From: Deltaproteobacteria bacterium
Lineage (GTDB): Bacteria > Myxococcota > Kuafuiibacteriia > Kuafuiibacteriales > Kuafuiibacteriaceae
Assembly: GCA_040218735.1 (NCBI GenBank)
Contig: JAVJQW010000012.1
Span: forward strand, 352,001-416,000
Length of the DNA stretch: 64,000 nt
Direction: 5' to 3'
The notes under the pieces were generated by a model, which did not search any database, had not been told where the DNA came from, and saw only the letters and a list, made by a program, of their open reading frames with translations. A program made the translations under genes and the position numbers. Below are positions 58,701 to 64,000 of this stretch, piece by piece. Position 1 is the first letter of the stretch, and every line of letters starts with the position of its first letter.

Positions 58701-59043
58701 GCTCGTCGACGCGCTGTTCGTCGGGCTGTGGCTCCTCTCGGGACGTGACGAAGGCGGCGTCGTGGTCGTCGATCCGCAGACGCTCCAGCTCCTCGCCGAG
58801 ATCCCCTCCGGCGACGTGAGCTACGGAGTCCTCCAGGCGGACGTGTCGAGCCACCCCGGCTTGGAGCTCGTGGTCGGCTCGGCGAAGCACCTCACCGTCT
58901 ACGACGCGCAGTACCAGGTGCTCTTCCGAACGCCGGAAGAGTCCACGGCGTACAGTGCGTTCGGACGCCTGTGGTTCGACGGTACCCACCTCGACGTGGG
59001 CACCCTCGACGGCTACGAGCGCTACGTGGTCTCGACCGACTGA
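55750..59043 (+). CDS. Large lipoprotein: alpha/beta-hydrolase-like domain plus beta-propeller-like C-terminal region
   Basis: Lipobox LCAC; LAGQSYGS nucleophile elbow, GQQDPT, GSHKG; beta-rich C-terminus with a DV...LELVVG FG-GAP-like motif. Confidence 0.65.
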   Translation: MRRIEPLRPWLRLALASALCACSEGSDPASTSDPIFGGGDATGSCQPVFPDPSTAPHLESPWNPLADGLQNGLETAVDLGGTWATPAPQIPTPVATQLSIDPNCRLDPSGTSTGACTPNGAIPGRRIAVTLNGIDYRCFFPDAPQIPEKVVVLNTRATIGNGSMHENNDKYSFPVSDTFHGSCGYFPPHAGHPVHLSVRGIVALGIYLKTNYPDDVDKFVLAGQSYGSFLAPSAALLGQGHPMFPVAGVVGTGGYGVQENPVFFDGMEFVLGVNQANLGVYGPFGEDAEVIRTFQESLGIDSLANIDIANYVSNVVAPCWFGFGQQDPTTWTDYQTQRLAQLFPSGTLVHVFHTELGSHKGDGIIRKVFGVHDPYAGQDTTLDLLEFLDHFINFEVLGQPLPVAPPVDLTATQHPPSPVDFVANLSPDLSAGPTGLQPDLLTLERRIGLGAYIGAHDSLLTHVDAQGRTRVTFGGLSGVVQQVIVEAGGVQPVWRRPVGYGVSGLVDVGNERIVAITKDGRAALLRRGTGAVVRSTAAQHLGHEPRGAQLGVAYTQESGQPVPHELVFVLEEGGDLIGFDPADLSVRFRSDRLGFFEDFDFTPGAPLASAWFGMQRGHLVRAVLQLPDCIHVAAMTEYTGRVPTKVLAIGENVLAIDDHDQRLYLSTGVEVPLTQAPNTLGTALIGTDAPSVSLEHLALVPGTTFALWSQVGGRVGLTDLAAASPGQPIPPLATGNVHGKIMALDALSNRAFATTANGALLDLLVGGSGIVPAPLHPPLSTTAVAQSSTTGHLLTLTRTPHDGETALLDVDLGPNGGAQILSTGYTGAVPLRTRLVWSNGMLHTTFEGALATIGGQPRVFAPRSFDFGAVVPTEGHLTSWGVFPPQLGTGNVPIVAADLLGPEIQYEKYTNNMAGIFNENGSGLMRLDADGHYTGFFATAGGHVFRQRFDGATAQALAPAVRSESFGWKGADLKAGVHRMADGTLVDALFVGLWLLSGRDEGGVVVVDPQTLQLLAEIPSGDVSYGVLQADVSSHPGLELVVGSAKHLTVYDAQYQVLFRTPEESTAYSAFGRLWFDGTHLDVGTLDGYERYVVSTD

Positions 59044-59047
59044 AGGA

Positions 59048-61627
59048 TCAGCTCTCGAGGTCGCGTGACGCGACGATCACCCGCACCGAACGATCCATTC
59101 GGAGCAGCTCTTGCGCTGTGTCGCGGATGGTCTTCGCCGTCACCGCCTCGATGTTCGCCGCGTGTCGGCTGTGGTGGTCGTAGCCGAGGCCGTACGCCTC
59201 GTTCAACGCCATCGAACCGGAACGCGCGCTCGCGCGCTGCAGCGCGATCTCGTGCGAGCCGATCAGGTAGCGCTTCGCGCGCGACAGCTCGTCCTCGCTG
59301 ATGTCCTCCCCGAGGATCTTGTTCAGCTCACCGAGGATGCCCGCCTGCGCCGTCTCGAGCTTGTCCGGGCTCGTTCCGATGTAGAACGCGAAGTACCCCG
59401 GATCGAGCCCCTCCAAACTGAACGCCCCGACCGAGTACGCGAGCGACTGTTTGTCGCGGAGCTGCAAGAAGAGGCGCCCCGCCTGACCGCCGAGCACACT
59501 CGACAGCACGTCGAGCGCGTACCGACGCTCGTCGGACATCGACACACCGAGGAAGCCGAGCACGAGCTGCGCCTGCTCCTTCTCCTTGAGCTCGAAGAGC
59601 CGTCGCGGACCGTCGATGAACGTCGGCTGCGGCGGCGCGACGAACGCCTTCGCGTCCGCGTGCGGCTGCGCCACGCCGATGCGGCGCTCCAACAGGCTGA
59701 CGGTGCGGTTGACGTCGACGGCGCCGACGATCGTCAGCGTCAGCCCGTCCGGACGAAGCTGCTGCCGGTACGCATCGACCACCTGGTCGCGCGTCAACGC
59801 CGCGACGGTCTCCTCGGTCCCCAGCGCCGGGAAGCGGTAGGGGTGCCCGTCGTAGAGCGACGCCGCGAACTTCTCGAACGCGATCGCGCTCATGCTGTCG
59901 CGCCTCGCGGCGATGTCCTCGAGCTGCGTGCGGCGCTCCTTCTCGAGCTCTGCGGCGTCGAACAACGGCTCCAGCAGGCAAGAGCTGAACAGCTCGAAGC
60001 CACGCTCCCAACTGTCCGCGAGGAAGTCACCGCGCAGCCCGAGTGAGTTGCGCCCGGAGACCCCGGTCACGCCCCCCGCCATCGCGTCGCACTCTTCGAT
60101 GATCTGCTCGGCGCTGTAGCGCTCCGTGCCACGCACGACGAGCTCACCGACGAGGTGGCTCACGCCGTTCGTCGCCGCGGTCTCCGCGAGGAGGCCGCCC
60201 TTCGCCGCCACGCGCACGCTCACGAGCGGCACGGTCTGGTCCTCGAGGATCACCGCGGTCGCGCCGTTCGCGAGCGTGACCTTCGCGGCGCCGAGCGCAC
60301 CCGGCTCGATCGCGTGCGGGCGGTACGCCGCCTCCAGTCGCGTGACGACCTCCTCCGCGATGCGCCGCACCGTGGCCTCGGACATCTGCCCCGCGTTGGC
60401 GTTCGGCATCAGCGCCGCCACGGAGAACGTCTTGCCGTCCAGGTACTTCTTCGCGACGCGCTTCACATCCTCCGCGGTCACCGCGCGGATCGCGTCGTAA
60501 TACTTGGCCTCGAAGTCGGTGCTCCCCGCGACCAGCTCGAAGTACCCGAGCTTGCGCGCCATCCCCTGCACGGTCTCCTTCTGGTAGATCGACTCTGAGA
60601 GGATGATCGTCTTCGCCTTCTCCAGCTCCGCGGGATCCGGCGCGGCGTAACCCATCCGCAGCGTCTCTTCGAGCAGCGAGCCGAACGCGTCTTCCACGCG
60701 CTCGCCCTGGATCTGCGCGCCGACCACGAACAGCCCCGGATCCTGCGGCGTGTACGAGTACGCGTAGCAGTCGTTCACGAGCTCCAGCTCGCGCTTCACC
60801 TGCCGGTACAGACGCGAGCTCTCACCGGTGCCGAGGATGATCGACAGGACGTCGATCGCAGCGGTGTCCTCGTCCGCGAGCTTCGGCCCGTGCCAGGCCA
60901 CGGAGAGGTGCGTCTCATTGATGTCCTGGGTCGCCGTCGCGATGCGCAAGTCTTCTTGCGCCGGCTCCACCGCGCGGTTGCGCTCGTGACGCTCACCCTT
61001 GTTGAGCTCGCTCTCGAAGAGCTCGTTGGCCTTCGCCACGACGTCGTCCGCGTTCACATCGCCGACGACGACCAACACCATGTTCTGCGGCTGGTAGTGT
61101 CGGCGGTAGAACGCGAGGATCTGCTCGCGGGAGAACTTACTGACGGTGTCGACGTACCCGATCACCGGGCGTCGGTAAGTATGGGCCTTGAACGAAGCGT
61201 CGAAGAGCATCTCGCTCGCGACACGCGACGGCGTGTCCTTCCCGCGGCGCAGCTCCTCGAGCACGACCTCGAGCTCCTTGGACAGCTCCTCCTCGTCGAA
61301 CGCCGAGTGCTGGACGGCGTCGGAGAGGATGTCGAGCGCGACGTCGAGCTCTCGGCTCGGCATCGTCACGTGATAGACGGTCTGGTCGAAGCTGGTCCAA
61401 GCGTTGATGTCGCCGCCCGCCGCTTCGACGTCCATCGCGATCTCACCGACCGCGCGCCGAGCCGTCCCCTTGAAGAGCATGTGTTCGTGGACGTGTGCGA
61501 GGCCGGCGTCCTCGGGGGTCTCATCGGCGGAGCCGACCCGAACCCAAACCTGCGCCGCGACCACCTTGGCCGCATGGTTCTCCTCCACGATGACGCGGAG
61601 CCCGTTGTCGAGCGTCTTTTGGAGCAT
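59048..61627 (-). CDS. M16 (pitrilysin-family) zinc peptidase, two-module
   Basis: GLAHVHEHMLFKGT (HxxEH), NAWTSFDQTVY, SSRLY; the second module lacks the motif (HLVGEL). Confidence 0.94.
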   Translation of the reverse strand: MLQKTLDNGLRVIVEENHAAKVVAAQVWVRVGSADETPEDAGLAHVHEHMLFKGTARRAVGEIAMDVEAAGGDINAWTSFDQTVYHVTMPSRELDVALDILSDAVQHSAFDEEELSKELEVVLEELRRGKDTPSRVASEMLFDASFKAHTYRRPVIGYVDTVSKFSREQILAFYRRHYQPQNMVLVVVGDVNADDVVAKANELFESELNKGERHERNRAVEPAQEDLRIATATQDINETHLSVAWHGPKLADEDTAAIDVLSIILGTGESSRLYRQVKRELELVNDCYAYSYTPQDPGLFVVGAQIQGERVEDAFGSLLEETLRMGYAAPDPAELEKAKTIILSESIYQKETVQGMARKLGYFELVAGSTDFEAKYYDAIRAVTAEDVKRVAKKYLDGKTFSVAALMPNANAGQMSEATVRRIAEEVVTRLEAAYRPHAIEPGALGAAKVTLANGATAVILEDQTVPLVSVRVAAKGGLLAETAATNGVSHLVGELVVRGTERYSAEQIIEECDAMAGGVTGVSGRNSLGLRGDFLADSWERGFELFSSCLLEPLFDAAELEKERRTQLEDIAARRDSMSAIAFEKFAASLYDGHPYRFPALGTEETVAALTRDQVVDAYRQQLRPDGLTLTIVGAVDVNRTVSLLERRIGVAQPHADAKAFVAPPQPTFIDGPRRLFELKEKEQAQLVLGFLGVSMSDERRYALDVLSSVLGGQAGRLFLQLRDKQSLAYSVGAFSLEGLDPGYFAFYIGTSPDKLETAQAGILGELNKILGEDISEDELSRAKRYLIGSHEIALQRASARSGSMALNEAYGLGYDHHSRHAANIEAVTAKTIRDTAQELLRMDRSVRVIVASRDLES

Positions 61628-61713
61628 GAACCCCCAGAACGCCCGCGTTTTGTGGCCGCCGTCAAGCCAATCGAGGTGTCACGGACGCCGATCCGTCGCC
61701 ACCTACGTAACGA

Positions 61714-63111
61714 ATGCACGCATCGCGTCTGCTCGCGCTCCCCGTCCTCGCGACGCTCGTCACGTCCCCCGCCCTCGCCGCTCCACTGGTCGCCTCCGCC
61801 CCCGAGGACGGCCTGCGCATCGTCGTCCACCGTCAGGGCGGCGGCGCGAGCGGAACGATCCGCTACCAGGGCATCGACTACCCCTTCTCGGGGCGCATCC
61901 AGGAGCAGGGGGGTGCGTTCCGGCTCGACGGTGCGCTCATCGACGAGGGCGAGCGCATGCCTTTCTCCGCGTCGTGGCGCGACGGCCGGATGACGCTCGT
62001 CGCGGACGGTGAGCGCGCCGAGCTCCGCATCGAAGACGCCGGCGACTTCGCCGCGAAGGCGCGGCGCGCACCGCCGCCCGAGCGGCGCAAGAAGAAGAAG
62101 CGCACCAAGGCAGCGGCGCTCCCCAAGTCGCTGCGCCTGAAGCAGGTCGAGTTCCGCGACGTGAACATGGGCAACATGGTCGCCTACACGCAGCTCGTCC
62201 CGAAGGGCTGGAAGGCCGAGGGTCAGGTGCAGTGGTCCGGCGGGCCGGCGCCGCACCCGCAACGCAAGATCGAGATCAAGGCGCCCAACGGCGTGGAGGT
62301 CCAATACATCCCGGCGATGAAGTTCGAGTACATCGAGCTCAGCCCGCAGTTCGTCGCGCAGGCGCGGCAGTTCGGTCAGCAGCTCCCGCGCCTGCCGCAA
62401 CCCAACTTGCCGCCGCCGCAGGACATCGGCGCCTGGCTCGCCGACGTCTTGATGAAGGCGAGCCACGAGGTCACGAACGCGCGCGTCGTGCACTCGCGGC
62501 GCGACCACGACCGCGAGCAAGTCCTCTTGCAGATGCTCGGCCCCAACTCCGGCTGCACGAGCCATCAGATCCAGATCGCCTACGACAAAAACGGCGAGCC
62601 CTTCCTCACCGACGTCACGCTGATGCTCCAGGTGCTCCCGCTCTCCGCGTTCTCGGCGGGGCGCGCGGTGAACTGGGCGATCTACATCGACCACGCGGCC
62701 GCGTACCCCGAGGCGTTGTACGAGACGTTCCGGCCCGTCGCCCTCACGGTGATCGGCTCCCAGCGCTCGACGCCGCAGTGGTTCGCGGCGAAGACCCGGA
62801 CGCTGTCGCAGCTCTCACAACAGCGACACGCCAACGCGATGAAGCTGATCGAGCAGAACGGCCGGGCGCGCGCGCGCGCCACGGACCAACAGATGGCGTC
62901 GTGGCGGAAGCAGCAGTCCGCGAACGATCGGATGCACAAGAAGTTCGTGAATTCGATTCACGACACCTCCGACTACGCGCTGCCCGGCGGCGGGAGCGTG
63001 AACCTCCCGAGCGCCTACAACCACGTGTACCGAACCCGCGGCGGCGACTACCTCTTGAGCGAGACGCACCTGAACAGCGCAGGCCTCACCAAGCTGTCAC
63101 CGCAGCGCTGA
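61714..63111 (+). CDS. Secreted hypothetical protein
   Basis: Signal peptide ending ALA, basic linker, Gln-rich coiled segment, C-terminal FVNSIHD...VNLPSAYNHVY. Confidence 0.7.
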   Translation: MHASRLLALPVLATLVTSPALAAPLVASAPEDGLRIVVHRQGGGASGTIRYQGIDYPFSGRIQEQGGAFRLDGALIDEGERMPFSASWRDGRMTLVADGERAELRIEDAGDFAAKARRAPPPERRKKKKRTKAAALPKSLRLKQVEFRDVNMGNMVAYTQLVPKGWKAEGQVQWSGGPAPHPQRKIEIKAPNGVEVQYIPAMKFEYIELSPQFVAQARQFGQQLPRLPQPNLPPPQDIGAWLADVLMKASHEVTNARVVHSRRDHDREQVLLQMLGPNSGCTSHQIQIAYDKNGEPFLTDVTLMLQVLPLSAFSAGRAVNWAIYIDHAAAYPEALYETFRPVALTVIGSQRSTPQWFAAKTRTLSQLSQQRHANAMKLIEQNGRARARATDQQMASWRKQQSANDRMHKKFVNSIHDTSDYALPGGGSVNLPSAYNHVYRTRGGDYLLSETHLNSAGLTKLSPQR

Positions 63112-63155
63112 CACAACGCTTGCGCCGAACCCCGCGCCGCGCCAGCGTAGCCGGC

Positions 63156-63752
63156 GTGAAGCTGTACACCGCCGAGCGCTCCGGCCACGCCCACACCGTC
63201 CGCAACTTCCTCTCCATCCTCGGCCTCGCATGCGAGCACGTCGAGCTGTCGACCGCCGACCGCGAGACACGCAAAGAGCCCTTCCTCGCGATCAACCCGT
63301 TCGGTCAGATCCCCGCGCTCGACGACGACGGCTTCGTCGTCCGCGACTCCCACGCGATCCTCGTCTACCTCGCAAAGAAGTACGACGACGCGAACCGCTG
63401 GCTCCCCGAGGATCCCGAGGGCGCCGCGCGCGTCGCGGAGTGGCTCGCGACCTCCACGATCGACCTCGTCATCGGCGCCGCGTGGGCGCGTGCGATCACC
63501 CACTTCGGTCGCCCGTGGGATCTGGACGCCGCCCAGAAGAGAGCGGAGCGCCTGCTCGCGCTGATGGAGTCGCACCTCGAAGGCCGCACCTGGCTCGCCG
63601 CCGACCACGCGACGATCGCCGACATCTCCATGTACAGCTACACCGCGCGCGCCCCCGAGGGCGGCGTCGCGCTGGAGCCCTACGAAAACGTTCGCGCGTG
63701 GCTGGAGCGCGTGGAGGCGATCGAAGGCTTCACGCCGATGATCCACCTGTAG
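63156..63752 (+). CDS. Glutathione S-transferase
   Basis: KLYTAERSGH, FLAINPFGQIPAL, DSHAILVYLA, TIADISMY, VRAWLERVEA. GTG 63156. Confidence 0.93.
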   Translation: MKLYTAERSGHAHTVRNFLSILGLACEHVELSTADRETRKEPFLAINPFGQIPALDDDGFVVRDSHAILVYLAKKYDDANRWLPEDPEGAARVAEWLATSTIDLVIGAAWARAITHFGRPWDLDAAQKRAERLLALMESHLEGRTWLAADHATIADISMYSYTARAPEGGVALEPYENVRAWLERVEAIEGFTPMIHL

Positions 63753-63999
63753 CGTTCGTCTCCCGGTCCAGCATCTCGACCGTGCGTCGGTACAGCTCCC
63801 TCGCCTGGTCGAGATCCTCGCCGATGAACGTGCCGCCGAGCTTGCCGTACTCGCTCAGGCACCCGAGCAGATGGAACACCGCGCCGGTCTCGTCGGCGCC
63901 GACGTGAAGCTGCTCGTTGACGAGCATGTCGATCAGGTCGAACGGCATCAGGCCTCGGTACTGCGGGCGCTCGAGGGTGTCGGTCGCGAAGTAACACCG
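63730..63999 (-). CDS. Peptide ligase PGM1-related (ATP-grasp) protein, C-terminal fragment
   Basis: The frame is open to the window edge: YFATDTL...YRGLMPFDLID...LH...TGAVFHLLGCLSEYGKLG..IG resembles the PGM1 C-terminal domain. Confidence 0.7.
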   Translation of the reverse strand, partial: RCYFATDTLERPQYRGLMPFDLIDMLVNEQLHVGADETGAVFHLLGCLSEYGKLGGTFIGEDLDQARELYRRTVEMLDRETNATGGSSA

Positions 64000-64000
64000 C

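Noticed and set aside
59048-60270. Second M16 module lacking HxxEH as a sign of pseudogenisation
   Set aside because: An inactive second half is normal for fused M16 peptidases.

Overview
High-GC window from a myxobacterium-like (Myxococcota/deltaproteobacterial) genome. Two convergent type IV pilus blocks dominate the first half. On the + strand: a sigma54 response regulator, an HTH regulator, pilMNOPQ, an aroK-aroB fusion, a lipoprotein, an mglC-like roadblock gene, aroQ, efp and accBC. On the - strand: ribF, aroE, pilB, an inserted propeller lipoprotein, pilT, pilC, pilS, pilR and a TPR protein, with no pilA. The variable junction between the blocks (about 14-22.4 kb) holds the most striking element: a translationally coupled two-gene unit encoding a small winged-helix-like protein and a 983-aa fusion of a PNP/MTA-nucleosidase domain with a SAMHD1/dNTP-triphosphohydrolase-like HD domain, a candidate nucleotide-depletion anti-phage system. 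The second half has a GH25 lysozyme, a FIST/NosP protein with a hybrid kinase, MscS, an S8-fold MYXO-CTERM protein lacking catalytic residues, the atpZ-I-B-E Fo block, an exported PPDK-like lipoprotein with a near-consensus sigma54 promoter, prmA-rsmE, an ECF sigma/Ser-Thr kinase pair, a large alpha/beta-hydrolase lipoprotein, an M16 peptidase, a GST and a partial PGM1-like ligase. I saw no rRNA, tRNA, CRISPR array or transposase. All family calls are from motif recognition by eye, not database searches. Several starts were moved from the ORF track to more plausible codons.
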